A DNA stretch of 32,000 nt from NCBI RefSeq assembly GCF_000091665.1, contig NC_000909.1, positions 593,581-625,580 of the forward strand. Direction: 5' to 3'. The notes beneath the pieces are model-generated. The model was not told the DNA's origin. It made no database searches and worked only from the letters and a program-made list of their open reading frames with translations. Position numbers and translations under genes: made by a program. This DNA comes from Methanocaldococcus jannaschii DSM 2661. Lineage in GTDB: Archaea; AGJL01; Methanococci; Methanococcales; Methanocaldococcaceae. Shown here in pieces: positions 10,679 to 21,893 of this stretch. Position 1 is the first letter of the stretch, and each line of letters opens with the position of its first letter.

Positions 10679-11641
10679 TTAGTGATAAATTATTAGCACA
10701 AATATTGCTATAAATAATGTAACCCATAATAAGATTGCATATAGAGTATATTTCCTTGCTTCCTCTTTTTTCCACCATCTATATGGAGAAATTCCATAAG
10801 CTGAGAATATAACAATGGCAGATAAATTTATTGCTATCATATTTATTAAAAATAAAATTAATGCTGAAAAACTCTGCTCAACATAACCAGCCCCTATTAG
10901 CAAACCAAACACAGCCAATGGTGGCAGTAAAGCTATAGCAATCATAACTCCAACAGCAATCGATGAAATATTAGATACCGTTGATAAACTTCCAGCAATC
11001 CCTGCCGATAATGCAATAATGATACTCCAAAAATCTAAGGTAATTCTTGAATGTATCTGTGGATTATCTAAAGATATAGGCAGATAATGCCCAGCAATCA
11101 TTGATAAAATTATAACAAAAATCAGCTCAGCTATTAGGGTCTTTATACTTTTTAATGCCAATTTATAGTCTGCTACTGTAATTGATAGTGATAAAGCTAT
11201 ATTCGGCCCTAATAAAGGAGCTATAATCATTGAAGCTATTAATAAGGCTACATCATCTTTATAAATTCCAGCTATAGCAACAATTGTTGATAATATAAGC
11301 ATTAACATATTTTCTTTACTTAGATTTGCAATATCTGAGGCTATGTTATATAGCTCTTCCCTAATTAGTCTCTCTGGTTCTTCTTTCTCTTCTTCCTCTT
11401 CAATTGGTGGATAAGTCATAGTTGGTTCAAATACAACAACTCTATAATTTGCCCCTCCATACATCTCTTTAAGTTTATCAACAATCTTCTCACTATCTTT
11501 TAATGTTGTTAAAATTTGTATAGTTGAAATCGTCCCATTTGTTTTAACATTAGCCCAAATAACCCCATCCCATTCTCTTATTTCATCAATTCCCATAAAT
11601 AAATGCTTAGGTATATGGCACTCAATAAATCTAAGTTTCAT
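10679..11641 (-). CDS. DUF389-like integral membrane protein with a soluble N-terminal domain
   Basis: About 100 aa soluble N-terminus, an acidic linker (EEEEEKEE), then about 6 predicted TM helices. The family assignment is from memory of similar archaeal proteins. Confidence 0.4.
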   Translation of the reverse strand: MKLRFIECHIPKHLFMGIDEIREWDGVIWANVKTNGTISTIQILTTLKDSEKIVDKLKEMYGGANYRVVVFEPTMTYPPIEEEEEKEEPERLIREELYNIASDIANLSKENMLMLILSTIVAIAGIYKDDVALLIASMIIAPLLGPNIALSLSITVADYKLALKSIKTLIAELIFVIILSMIAGHYLPISLDNPQIHSRITLDFWSIIIALSAGIAGSLSTVSNISSIAVGVMIAIALLPPLAVFGLLIGAGYVEQSFSALILFLINMIAINLSAIVIFSAYGISPYRWWKKEEARKYTLYAILLWVTLFIAIFVLIIYH

Positions 11642-11703
11642 AATCCCAACAATAAAAGTTTATTTGAAAATAGAATAATAATTTTATTTTATTTATTTTA
11701 TTT

Positions 11704-12654
11704 TTATTCTTTTTTCATTTCTTCCATGATTCTCTTAGCTATGCTCTCCCCATCTAAGCCATAGTATTTTAAAAGTTCATCTGCCTTTCCACTTCTTCCA
11801 AATACATCATTAATTCCAATTCTTAATAGTTTTTTATTTAAGCCGTTTGAGGCAATAACCTCAGCAACTGCTCCTCCTAAACCTCCTATAATGCTATGGT
11901 CTTCAACAGTAACAACAAAATCCTTTGATTTTTTAATAATTTCCTCATCTATTGGTTTTATTGTAGCCATCTCCACAATCTCAGCTGATATTCCATTCTC
12001 CTTTAATATTTCTCCTGCCCTTAAAGCTTCTGGCACTTCCTCTCCAGTTGCTATAATGGTTAAATCCTCTCCATCAACTAAAATCTTTCCTTTTCCTATT
12101 TCAAATGTTGCTTCCTCCTCATTTTCATAAATTATCTCAGTGTCTCTTCTTGGCATTCTTACATAAACAGGGCCTTTATACTCTGCTATAGTTCTAATAA
12201 CATTTTTTGTGTGATAGTAATCAGTTGGGGCAATAACAACCATGTTTGGGATTGCTCTCATTATAGCTATGTCCTCACACATCTGATGGGAAGCTCCATC
12301 CTCTCCAACTGTAATTCCAGCATGAGTAGCAACAATCTTCACATTCAACTTTGGATATGCCACTAAATTCCTTATTATCTCCCATGCTCTTCCAGATGCA
12401 AACATGGAGAATGACGAAGCAAAAACTATCTTACCAGTTGTTGCTAATCCCGCTGCCATTCCAATCATGTTCTGCTCTGCAACTCCTGCATTGAAAAACC
12501 TCTCTGGAAATTCCTTAGCAAACATGGCTGTTTGTGTAGAACCAGATAAATCAGCATCTAAAACTACCAAATTTTCATACTTTTTCCCTAACTCTATCAA
12601 TGTTTCTCCATACCCTTTCCTCATCCCCTTATAAACTCCACTCAACTTAACCAT
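11704..12654 (-). CDS. Transketolase, C-terminal section (pyrimidine-binding plus C-terminal domains)
   Basis: FNAGVAEQNMIGMAAGLA, HAGITVGEDGASHQ and IGGLGGAV are transketolase C-half signatures. Confidence 0.92.
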   Translation of the reverse strand: MVKLSGVYKGMRKGYGETLIELGKKYENLVVLDADLSGSTQTAMFAKEFPERFFNAGVAEQNMIGMAAGLATTGKIVFASSFSMFASGRAWEIIRNLVAYPKLNVKIVATHAGITVGEDGASHQMCEDIAIMRAIPNMVVIAPTDYYHTKNVIRTIAEYKGPVYVRMPRRDTEIIYENEEEATFEIGKGKILVDGEDLTIIATGEEVPEALRAGEILKENGISAEIVEMATIKPIDEEIIKKSKDFVVTVEDHSIIGGLGGAVAEVIASNGLNKKLLRIGINDVFGRSGKADELLKYYGLDGESIAKRIMEEMKKE

Positions 12655-12693
12655 GATTTTTCACCCAAAATAATTAATTTATTATTTTTGTTT

Positions 12694-13398
12694 TTACTGT
12701 TTTTCTTCATTTGAATTAAAGCTTTTAGTTAAAAAATCTTTGTTTAAAGCTTCTAAAGCTGCCTCTCTTAAGTTTTTAACGGCTGTTTTAACATCATCCT
12801 TTCCAAATATTGCAGATGCAGCAACTAAAACATCAGCTCCAGCTTTTACTGCCAATGGAGCTGTTTCAACATTTATTCCTCCATCAACGAATATTTTTGT
12901 ATCATATCCATTTTCAACAATCATGCTCTTTAACTTTCTAATCTTCTTTGTCATCACTGGAATAAACTTTTGTCCAGAAAAGCCAGGTTCAACAGTCATA
13001 ACTAAAACAGCATAAACATCTCCCAAAATATACTCTATTGCATCCAAAGGTGTTGCCGGGTTTAAAGCAACTATCGGCTTAGCTCCAATACTTTTAATCC
13101 TATTTATAATTCTAAAAGGAAACTTAACCGCCTCTATGTGGAATGTTATATAATCCATCTCCTCAAATTCATTAACAAATAAATCAACATTTTCCACCAT
13201 TAAATGCACTTCTACTGGGAGTTCTGTTAGCTTTTTAACATGCTTTGCAATTCCAATTCCCATGCTTATATTTGGGACAAAGTGACCGTCCATCATATCA
13301 ACATGAAAGAAATCAACCCCTGCTTCCTCTGCCTTTTTAATCTCCTCCCTTAAATGCCCAAAATCAGCAGATAGTATTGAAGCTCCAATTTTAATCAT
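12694..13398 (-). CDS. rpe: Ribulose-phosphate 3-epimerase
   Basis: ASILSADF, HVDMMDGHFVPN, MTVEPGFSGQKF and VDGGIN are canonical Rpe motifs. Confidence 0.95.
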   Translation of the reverse strand: MIKIGASILSADFGHLREEIKKAEEAGVDFFHVDMMDGHFVPNISMGIGIAKHVKKLTELPVEVHLMVENVDLFVNEFEEMDYITFHIEAVKFPFRIINRIKSIGAKPIVALNPATPLDAIEYILGDVYAVLVMTVEPGFSGQKFIPVMTKKIRKLKSMIVENGYDTKIFVDGGINVETAPLAVKAGADVLVAASAIFGKDDVKTAVKNLREAALEALNKDFLTKSFNSNEEKQ

Positions 13399-13421
13399 TT
13401 AAATCACCAAAAAATAAAATT

Positions 13422-14246
13422 TTATTCACTTAATTCTTCTAATGCTTGTTTTAATTGTTCTTCATTTGGAGCCTTTCCATGGAATGCAACATTATTCTCC
13501 ATGAATGAAACTCCCTTACCTTTAACGGTATATGCAATAATCATCTTTGGTTTGCCATTTTTCATGCTTTTGGCTTTTTCTACAGTATTTATAATCTCTT
13601 CAAAGTTATGTCCATCTATTTCAAAGACATCCCATCCAAATGCCTCAAATTTAGCTTTTATATCTCCTAAACTCATAACATCCTCAGTACATCCATCTAT
13701 CTGCAGTTTATTTCTATCAATAAAGGCAATTAAGTTATCCAACTTGTAGTGGGCTGCTGCCATTGCAGCTTCCCAAACTATACCCTCTTGACATTCTCCA
13801 TCCCCTAATAAGACATAAACGTAGTTGTTTAACTTATCTAATCTACATCCCAAAGCCATTCCTACTGCTGCTGAAAAACCTTGTCCCAATGAACCGGTGC
13901 AAATCTCAACTCCTGGTGTATCCATTGATGGGTGTCCTTGCAACTTCCCTTCCAATCTTCTCAATTTCCATAACTCCTCCTCTTCTATTATACCCAACTC
14001 AGACAAAACTGCATATAATGCTGGAGCAGCATGTCCTTTACTTAAAACAAACCTATCTCTATCTTTTTTATATGGATTATCTGGAGAGTAGTTCATTAGT
14101 TTAAAGTATAGAGCTACTATAATATCAGTTGCTGATAAACTTCCACCTGGATGTCCAGACTTTGCTAAACCAACCATTTTTACAATATTATATCTAACCT
14201 TTTTTGCTATTTTTTCCAAATCTTTTATTTCTAAGTTATTATCCAT
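13422..14246 (-). CDS. Transketolase, N-terminal section (thiamine-diphosphate-binding)
   Basis: [26 protein letters not shown] and [10 protein letters not shown] are TPP-binding transketolase motifs. Confidence 0.92.
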
Positions 14247-14402
14247 AGTTTCACCTTTTTAAGATTTAAAAAATAATATCATTACTCAATGAATTAATAA
14301 AAAAAGCAAAAACAAAAAATCCATAATGATGTTATGCTAAAATAATTGTTAGTCATATTTAAAACTTACACCTAAAAATAATAGATAGTAAATAGAGGAA
14401 GT

Positions 14403-17309
14403 TTATCCTTTAATAACTCCTAATGGTCTCATTCTTGCTACTTTTAATGATATTCCAGCTTTATGACATGTATCTGCGACTAAATCAACACTCTTATATG
14501 CCTCTGGTGCTTCCTCTGCCATAACTGCCTTTGAATCACTCATGGCAACGATTCCCATCTCTGCCAATCTTCTTTGTATCTCTTTACCCTTCCACAACTT
14601 TAATGCCTTAGCCCTACTTAGCTTTCTACCGGCTCCATGTGCCGTTGAACCAAACGTCTCTTTCATAGCAATCTCTGTCCCTCTCATTAAGTAAGAGGCG
14701 GTTCCCATATCTCCAGGAATAATAACCGGCTGTCCAACACTCCAATATTCTTTTGGAATTGCCTCATGCTTTGGTGGGAATGCCCTTGTAGCTCCTTTTC
14801 TATGCACTATAACTTTTACCTTCCTTCCATCTATTATGTGTTCTTCTTTCTTAGCTATGTTGTGGGCTACATCATAGACAATATTCATCTCTAAATCCTC
14901 AGCATGTATTTTAAATACTTCTTCAAAGCTCTCTCTAACCCAGTGAGTAATCATCTGTCTATTTGCCCATGCATAGTTTGCTCCACAGCACATTGCTTTA
15001 AAGTAACTCTGCCCTTCTTCTGATTCAAATGGAGCACATGCCAACTGTCTATCTGGAAGTTTTATTCCATAGTTTTTGGCTGCTTTTTCCATAATTCTTA
15101 AATAATCAGTACAGATTTGATGCCCTAAACCTCTTGAACCGGTGTGCACTAAAACAACAACTTGATTTTCCTCTATTCCATATATTTCAGCAGCTTCCTC
15201 ATCAAATACCTTTTCAACATACTGCACTTCTAAGAAGTGGTTTCCACTTCCTAAACTTCCTAATTGAACTCTTCCTCTCTCTTTTGCTTTATCTGAGACA
15301 TAGGAAGCATCTGCATCTTTTAAACAGCCATGTTCTTCAATAAACTCTAAATCTTCCTTCCATCCATAACCCTCTTTAACAGCCCATCTAACTCCTTCCT
15401 CTAATACATCATCCATAACACTTTTGCTGAATTTTAAAATTCCCTTACTTCCCAAACCAGAAGGGACATTTTTGAATAAGGTTTTTATAAGCTCTTTTAT
15501 CTTTGATTGAACTTCTTCTTTTGTTAAATTTGTTCTTATAAGCCTAACTCCACAGTTATGGACAACTATGCTATTTGCTATGAAGTTGTGTTCTTTGCTT
15601 ACTATTCCAACATCATACAATTTTGAATCATAAGAAATTTCTTCAATCTCCTTTATCTTGTCTATTACAAATCCTCCAATAACCCCATATTTTTCAATAA
15701 ATTCCTCAAACTTTGGGAATTTTGTTGAAATTCTTACATCATCTTCATCCAAGTTTTCATATACTGCCCTCTCAATTAATCTTTTGCTTATAAACTCATT
15801 TCTAAATTCATCCATCTTTAACATTTCTGAGACTGTTACTCCTTTTTTATAAAGTTCTTTTGCTCTTTTAATACATTTTTTTCTAATTTCTTTTGCAATA
15901 TCCTTCCTTCTTAAGTATTCATAAGCCAACAATCCAATAACTTTTTTCTCCCCTGAATATTCATAGTTTATTCTTCCTAAGAAGTTCTTTATGCTCTCTT
16001 CCCCAACAATTGCCAGTCTGTATGAAACTCTACCATCTAAAGATTTTATCTCATAAATCATACTTTCAATGTCAAACTCAGCCAATAATAGCTTAATTTC
16101 ATTTAAAAACTCTAAGATATTTTCTTTTAGCTCTTCACTCTTTGACATCGTTAAGTTTATTGGTAATGGTGTGTAGTTTTTAAACACTGCCCTACTTCCA
16201 TCAGCTCCAAACAATCCAGCTAAGAAGTTTCTCTTTACCCATTTTGGAGCTTTCTTTATCCACTCTGGGATTTTGTATATCTGCTCTGTCTTTTTACCAA
16301 TTGGCATTCCCAATTTATGCATGAACAATGCAAATGCCTTTGAAGTTATTTTTATAGAGTTGTCTTCACACAAGCTTGTATATTCATCTCCGTAGGCATT
16401 TCTTATCTCAACTTCCCTCTTCCTTGAATATATTCTTGAAGCTTTTATTCCTAATTTCTCTAAATCTTCTCTAATTTTAATAAGCGTCTCTCTCTTTCCA
16501 TAAAATGCCACATACAACCTCTCTCTATCCCCATTCTCTTTAACTATACTTCCATCTCCAAATGCAAAACCTAACAATCTTGCAATAATACCAATATTTT
16601 TGTTGTCCATTCTAAGTGGTAATAACCCTCTATCTTTTAGATATTTGATAATCTGTTTATCATACTCTGCAAAATCATCCTCATCTAATATTATCTCATC
16701 AGACGGTTCTTCATATTCAACCCCTTCATAAGGATAAACTATTACATCATCCCCTTCTTTTAACATGCCCATTGGTACATAACCGTTTAATGTTAAAACT
16801 GGATGGTCTTTACTTCCCTCTAAAACTCTTCCAGATTCTGTTTTTATCCTTATTATCTTCTCATCTGCATATCTTTCAGAGACAAACAATATGTTTGAAC
16901 TCTTTTCTCCCTCCTCTGTATTATAAATCTTAATATGTAAATCCAATTTTTCTTTTAGTTTTTCCAATTTTATGTAATATCCATCATCCGTTAATATTTT
17001 TGAGTTTGATGTAAGGCAGTTGATATCAAAACCAACCCCTCCAGGGCTTATAACTCCTTCTCTTTGGTCAAAAGCCGCTACCCCGCCAATCGCGAACCCA
17101 TAACCGTAATGCACATCAGGCATAGCTATAGAATACTTATAAATCCCAGGCAAGCATGCAACGTTCGCTATTTGTTCTAAAACCTCTGGTTCTAACTCAT
17201 CTAATAGGATTTCGTTTAAGTAGATTCTTCCAGGAACTCTCATGCAATCTTTGTAATCCTTAGGTAATTCCCATACTACATCGGAGACCCTTTTTAATAC
17301 ATCTTTCAT
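14403..17309 (-). CDS. rtcB: RNA-splicing ligase RtcB, interrupted by an intein (968-aa precursor, about 480-aa mature)
   Basis: RtcB motifs lie on both sides of the insert ([17 protein letters not shown] | [26 protein letters not shown]). Removing residues 98-585 restores the conserved GFDINCGVR junction. Confidence 0.97.
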   Translation of the reverse strand: MKDVLKRVSDVVWELPKDYKDCMRVPGRIYLNEILLDELEPEVLEQIANVACLPGIYKYSIAMPDVHYGYGFAIGGVAAFDQREGVISPGGVGFDINCLTSNSKILTDDGYYIKLEKLKEKLDLHIKIYNTEEGEKSSNILFVSERYADEKIIRIKTESGRVLEGSKDHPVLTLNGYVPMGMLKEGDDVIVYPYEGVEYEEPSDEIILDEDDFAEYDKQIIKYLKDRGLLPLRMDNKNIGIIARLLGFAFGDGSIVKENGDRERLYVAFYGKRETLIKIREDLEKLGIKASRIYSRKREVEIRNAYGDEYTSLCEDNSIKITSKAFALFMHKLGMPIGKKTEQIYKIPEWIKKAPKWVKRNFLAGLFGADGSRAVFKNYTPLPINLTMSKSEELKENILEFLNEIKLLLAEFDIESMIYEIKSLDGRVSYRLAIVGEESIKNFLGRINYEYSGEKKVIGLLAYEYLRRKDIAKEIRKKCIKRAKELYKKGVTVSEMLKMDEFRNEFISKRLIERAVYENLDEDDVRISTKFPKFEEFIEKYGVIGGFVIDKIKEIEEISYDSKLYDVGIVSKEHNFIANSIVVHNCGVRLIRTNLTKEEVQSKIKELIKTLFKNVPSGLGSKGILKFSKSVMDDVLEEGVRWAVKEGYGWKEDLEFIEEHGCLKDADASYVSDKAKERGRVQLGSLGSGNHFLEVQYVEKVFDEEAAEIYGIEENQVVVLVHTGSRGLGHQICTDYLRIMEKAAKNYGIKLPDRQLACAPFESEEGQSYFKAMCCGANYAWANRQMITHWVRESFEEVFKIHAEDLEMNIVYDVAHNIAKKEEHIIDGRKVKVIVHRKGATRAFPPKHEAIPKEYWSVGQPVIIPGDMGTASYLMRGTEIAMKETFGSTAHGAGRKLSRAKALKLWKGKEIQRRLAEMGIVAMSDSKAVMAEEAPEAYKSVDLVADTCHKAGISLKVARMRPLGVIKG
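15555..17018 (-). mobile_element. Intein with LAGLIDADG homing-endonuclease domain (488 aa) inside rtcB
   Basis: Starts at Cys98 (CLTSNSKIL) and ends VVHN, followed by the +1 Cys. Block B-like SKDHPV. Two LAGLIDADG motifs ([23 protein letters not shown]). Codon positions were checked against the DNA (tgc at 17018-17016, aac at 15557-15555, tgt at 15554-15552). Confidence 0.93.
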
Positions 17310-17335
17310 TATGCATCACCATTAATGTGTTTTTA

Positions 17336-18115
17336 TTAATGCACACAAATGCCTTTAATAGCTATATCTTTCTTCTTTATGGTATTTATTACCTCATCTA
17401 TGTATCTTTTAAATGCTGTTTTATTGCTAATTATTTCATAACTCTCTGGATAGTTTTGCTCTAAGTAGTGTTTAAACTCTCTGCTTGCCTTTAAATTCAA
17501 AAATTCAAAGTAATAAAAGTTGGTAAAGGGCTTTGTCTCACCTATTATATATTCAACATCAATCAAATCTGGGATTATTGGAGATATAAAGGCATAGTTT
17601 TTAATGCCGTTTTCATAGAGTGTTTTTAAGGCATCTATTCTCTTCTCATTGCTTGGAGAGAACGGCTCAATATCTTTTTTAAGATTTCCTTCAAAGTTGT
17701 TAATGGTTAAGCCAACCTCTATACTGCTGAACTTTTTAAATAAATCCATATCTCTCAAAACCAAATCTGATTTTGTTAGTATAGATAGCTCAGCCCTCTT
17801 ATCAATATTTTTTAAGATATTCCTTGTTAGTTTAAAATCTTTTTCTATCGGTCGATAGGCATCTGAAACACTACTCATATATATTTTTCCTTTGATGTGT
17901 TTGTTTTTAATTAAATCTGGTAGATTTTCTTTAACAACAACCCAACTGCCCCATTTTCCATAATTATACCATTTACACATAAATCTTGCATAGCAGTATT
18001 TACATGCATATTGGCATCCAATATATTGATTTATAACATACTTTGCTCCGGGTATCTTTGTTGGGTTAATAGGTTTTTTAGCTTTAATTTTTATTATTTC
18101 TATTTTACTATTCAT
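17336..18115 (-). CDS. Radical SAM protein (SplB / 'DNA repair photolyase'-like COG1533 type)
   Basis: N-terminal CQYACKYCYA CxxxCxxC cluster; about 260 aa. Confidence 0.6.
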   Translation of the reverse strand: MNSKIEIIKIKAKKPINPTKIPGAKYVINQYIGCQYACKYCYARFMCKWYNYGKWGSWVVVKENLPDLIKNKHIKGKIYMSSVSDAYRPIEKDFKLTRNILKNIDKRAELSILTKSDLVLRDMDLFKKFSSIEVGLTINNFEGNLKKDIEPFSPSNEKRIDALKTLYENGIKNYAFISPIIPDLIDVEYIIGETKPFTNFYYFEFLNLKASREFKHYLEQNYPESYEIISNKTAFKRYIDEVINTIKKKDIAIKGICVH

Positions 18116-18144
18116 TATTAGCCCCTTATAAAGTTTTTGCTTAT

Positions 18145-19257
18145 CTATTTGTTTAAAAATTCCTTAATTCTCTCTAAACCCTCTTTAATGTTTTCATAGG
18201 AGTTGGCATAGCTAATCCTTATATAGTTTTTCCCTTTACTACCAAAGCCTATTCCTGGAGTTAGAGCAACAAATTTCTCCTTCAATAATTTATAGGCAAA
18301 CTCTCTTCCATCTTCTCCAATGTTTGGAAATACATAGTAAGCTCCAATTGGATTATTAACCTCCCATCCAAAATCTTTAACGTATTTTAAAACTAATCTC
18401 CTCCTTCTATCAAATTCTTTTATCATGCTGTTTATTTCTCTTTCAGTTTCTTTCTCAAACGCCTTTAATGCCGCATATTGAGATATGGTTGGAGCAGAGA
18501 TAAATAAATTCTGCTGTAATTTTAAAATTGCTTCAATAATCTCATCGTTAGATATAACATAACCTATTCTCCACCCAGTCATTGCATACAACTTAGAGAA
18601 TCCATTAATTAAAATGGTTTTTTCCAAATTTTCATCAAATTCAATTGCTGAATAGCATTTCCCTTCATAAACTAAGCCATTGTAGATTTCATCAGAGATT
18701 ATATAAGGGATGTTTTCATAGGCAAATTCATAAATCTCTCTATCTATAACTTCTCCCAATGGGTTTGAAGGAGAGTTTATAATTATAGCCTTTGTTTTAT
18801 CAGATAAAGCTTCCTCTAAGCTCTCAACTGTAAAATCACAAAACACTGGCTTAGCTCCTAAGAATCTGATAAAATTCTTATAGCATGGATAGCATGGATT
18901 TTGAATTAAAACCTCATCTCCATCATCTATTATTGAAGATAGAGCAAAAAACAGCCCTAAAGAACTCCCTCCAGTAATGATTATGTTATCTGGGATTATA
19001 TCTGCCTTGTATTTATCTTTATATAGCTCACTAATTTTCTCTCTTAACTCTAAAATACCTCTACTGTCGGTATAGTGTGTTTTTCCTTCTTTTAAAGATT
19101 TAATTCCTTCATCAACAATAGGTTTTGGTGTGTTAAAATCTGGCTCTCCTATCTCTAAGTGTATAACTTTCTTCCCTTCACTCTCTAATTTTTGTGCTAA
19201 TGCTAAAATATCCATAACTTCAAATGATTCAAAATTTAAGAGCCTTTTTGATAGCAT
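18145..19257 (-). CDS. Class I/II PLP-dependent aminotransferase (aspartate aminotransferase-like)
   Basis: NPxNPLG (SPSNPLG), SDEIY and FSKLYAMTGWRIGY (PLP lysine). The track start at 19278 is GTG. The ATG at 19257 follows GGTGAT, so I prefer it. Confidence 0.85.
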   Translation of the reverse strand: MLSKRLLNFESFEVMDILALAQKLESEGKKVIHLEIGEPDFNTPKPIVDEGIKSLKEGKTHYTDSRGILELREKISELYKDKYKADIIPDNIIITGGSSLGLFFALSSIIDDGDEVLIQNPCYPCYKNFIRFLGAKPVFCDFTVESLEEALSDKTKAIIINSPSNPLGEVIDREIYEFAYENIPYIISDEIYNGLVYEGKCYSAIEFDENLEKTILINGFSKLYAMTGWRIGYVISNDEIIEAILKLQQNLFISAPTISQYAALKAFEKETEREINSMIKEFDRRRRLVLKYVKDFGWEVNNPIGAYYVFPNIGEDGREFAYKLLKEKFVALTPGIGFGSKGKNYIRISYANSYENIKEGLERIKEFLNK

Positions 19258-19325
19258 GACATCACCATTTATAAACACTAAAAGGAATTATTATTAATTA
19301 ATAATACTTTTCGTGGTGGCATAAA

Positions 19326-20087
19326 ATGATTATTGCTGTGAGTGGAAAAGGTGGAGTTGGAAAGACAGCATTTACAACATTATTAATTAAGGCATTATCT
19401 AAGAAAACAAACAGTATTTTGGTTGTTGATGCAGACCCAGACTCAAATCTACCAGAAACTTTGGGAGTTGAAGTAGAAAAAACTGTTGGAGATATTAGGG
19501 AAGAGCTAAAAAAGTTAGTTGAGAGGGATGAAATTCCAGCAGGAATGACGAAATTAGATTATTTAAGGAGTAAGATTTTTGAAATTTTGGTTGAGACAAA
19601 ATATTATGATTTATTGGTTATGGGAAGGCCTGAAGGTAGTGGATGTTACTGCAGTGTAAATAACTGGCTTAGGCAGATTATAGATAACTTAGCTAAGGAT
19701 TATGAGTTTGTTGTTATAGACACTGAGGCTGGCTTAGAGCATCTCAGCAGAAGAACAACCCAAAATGTTGATGTGATGATTGTTATAACTGATGCATCAA
19801 AGAGAGGTTTAGGGACTGCAAAGAGAATTAAAAAATTAGCTAATGAGTTGGAGGTTAAGTTTAAAGACATCTATGTTGTTGCAAATAAGGTTAAACCAGA
19901 GTATGAAGAGCTAATTGATAACTATGCAAAAGAGCTTGGTTTGAATTTAATTGGGAAGCTTCCTTATAATAAGGAAATAGCTGAGTATGATTTAAAAGGC
20001 ATTCCTTTATGGAATCTTCCAGAAAATAATGAAGTTTATAAAAAAGTTGAGGAAATTGCTGAGAAGATAATTAATAAAAAATTTTAA
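19326..20087 (+). CDS. CooC-type P-loop NTPase (nickel-insertion accessory protein family, MinD/ParA superfamily)
   Basis: Deviant Walker A GKGGVGKT, the CooC-type GSGCYC (CxC) metal motif, and Walker B VVIDTEAG. Confidence 0.8.
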   Translation: MIIAVSGKGGVGKTAFTTLLIKALSKKTNSILVVDADPDSNLPETLGVEVEKTVGDIREELKKLVERDEIPAGMTKLDYLRSKIFEILVETKYYDLLVMGRPEGSGCYCSVNNWLRQIIDNLAKDYEFVVIDTEAGLEHLSRRTTQNVDVMIVITDASKRGLGTAKRIKKLANELEVKFKDIYVVANKVKPEYEELIDNYAKELGLNLIGKLPYNKEIAEYDLKGIPLWNLPENNEVYKKVEEIAEKIINKKF

Positions 20088-21826
20088 GATATTAATTCCA
20101 ATATTTTCTCTAAGATTAATTTTTCTCTAAGCTCTATAAATCTATTAAAGTTCTCTTCAATTTCATCTTTTGATAATGAATCATCGGTATTTCTTAGAAT
20201 TTCAAACATTTCTTCATTTATAAAATGCCCTTTTAGAATTTCTTTAACTTTATTTACTGCTTCATCTTCGGATAATCCTTTATTTTTCTGAATTTCTATC
20301 ATTTCTTTGACATATTTGGATGGTGATTTTTTTGAGATTTTCTTATTGGTTTCATCAAGAATGGGTGTTTTATTTAAAACTGAATCTATATATTCATTGG
20401 ATATGCCTTTATTTCTTAAAAATCCTTTAGGAAATATATGATGGTCTTCAAGCTTATAGTAGGCAATATTATCAGGCTTATAGAAATCCATTGGTTTATT
20501 TTTAAATATCAAATTAAATACTCCCTTATATTTTGAACTTCCAGAACTTTTAACTTTCTTTAAACTGTATGCTCCATATTGTATTTCAATCTTTAAGTTT
20601 TCAACGACTTCTGGAATTTTGTTATTGTTCTCAATCCATTGTGAAACTTCTTTAAAATCTTTCATCATCTTGGATTCTGTAGAACCCGAGTATCTCTCAG
20701 AAAATACTGAACTCCAATACCATTTATTAACTTTGTCCATATCTGGAATATCATGTTTTAAAAAGAATGCCAACATCATCGTTATTGTTGGTGTATATGG
20801 ATTCCATTTTTTAATATCTGCAATTCCATATTCGCTAATATCAAAAATTCTTTGAAATACTTTATTTTCAGCAATATCTACAACTCTATTCCATGATTCA
20901 TCATTTAAAATGGAGTTATCAATTTTAATTAAATCTCTTGACTTGATGCTCATTCCTTTACTTAAAGCTAATGCCTGAATAAACATATAAGGCACTTTTG
21001 TATCCTCAACATCACCTGCAAAATTTTTAATGCGAATGTTATTTTCAAACGCTTCTGCCCACTTTTCCCTTAATTTTATAAATTTATAAAATCTTGCAAC
21101 CAATAAATCGTAAGGCGATAATTTTATACCAGTTTTGTTTATTCTTTCGAATAACACTACAACTTGTTCGGGTTTATCATTGTAAGATAATCCTAAAATT
21201 AGTGTAGGAACTTTATATTCCAATATGTTATGCATATAATTAAATACTTCTTCAGGAAAAATTTCACTAAAATGCTTATACCATATCTTATAAAATTTAT
21301 TTGAATTTGATAAAAATGTTAATGGGAAAAATCTTTTTTCTTTTAATTTTTCTATATCGAAAGAATTATCTTCATTTAATAAAGCTTTATATTGTCTACA
21401 ATCTTTAGACAGGCTAAAAACAGAATTATCAATATCATCTTCAACTAATTTGTTTAAATCTATAAAAAACGCATAAGGTTTTGTAGTATTTTTTAATGGA
21501 AAATTTGGGCTATATATTGCATAAAATAATGACGTTAGTCTTTGCTGACCATCAAGAACCAAAATTCTTGGTTTTCTTAATGTTATATTAGGATTTAATT
21601 CCTCTGCCCCCCTAATGTAGATTGTCCCAAATGGTGGATTTTCAGGATTTATTTCTTGGATTAAAAAAGTTCCTATAAACATATTTTCCAAAAGAGATTT
21701 AATTAGTTCTTCTATATCTTGTCTTGTCCAGACAAAATTTCTCTGAAAATCAGGGAGTGCTACTTCCCCTTCGTATGCTTTTTTTACTAAATCTAAAAGG
21801 TTCTTTGTATCATGACTCAACTCCAT
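20084..21826 (-). CDS. DUF262 (ParB-like NTPase/nuclease) plus DUF1524 (His-Me finger) fusion protein, GmrSD/BrxU-like putative type IV restriction enzyme
   Basis: N-terminal DFQRNFVW and DGQQRLTS motifs (DUF262). C-terminal LEDHHIFPK..N..N (DUF1524-type HNH-like). Its stop overlaps the convergent cooC-like stop by 4 nt. Confidence 0.75.
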   Translation of the reverse strand: MELSHDTKNLLDLVKKAYEGEVALPDFQRNFVWTRQDIEELIKSLLENMFIGTFLIQEINPENPPFGTIYIRGAEELNPNITLRKPRILVLDGQQRLTSLFYAIYSPNFPLKNTTKPYAFFIDLNKLVEDDIDNSVFSLSKDCRQYKALLNEDNSFDIEKLKEKRFFPLTFLSNSNKFYKIWYKHFSEIFPEEVFNYMHNILEYKVPTLILGLSYNDKPEQVVVLFERINKTGIKLSPYDLLVARFYKFIKLREKWAEAFENNIRIKNFAGDVEDTKVPYMFIQALALSKGMSIKSRDLIKIDNSILNDESWNRVVDIAENKVFQRIFDISEYGIADIKKWNPYTPTITMMLAFFLKHDIPDMDKVNKWYWSSVFSERYSGSTESKMMKDFKEVSQWIENNNKIPEVVENLKIEIQYGAYSLKKVKSSGSSKYKGVFNLIFKNKPMDFYKPDNIAYYKLEDHHIFPKGFLRNKGISNEYIDSVLNKTPILDETNKKISKKSPSKYVKEMIEIQKNKGLSEDEAVNKVKEILKGHFINEEMFEILRNTDDSLSKDEIEENFNRFIELREKLILEKILELIS

Positions 21827-21893
21827 ACTTTCACCCTCATAATCGCCAATCTCATGTATTTCAAACGATTAAAAAAATAAAAAATAAAATTTT

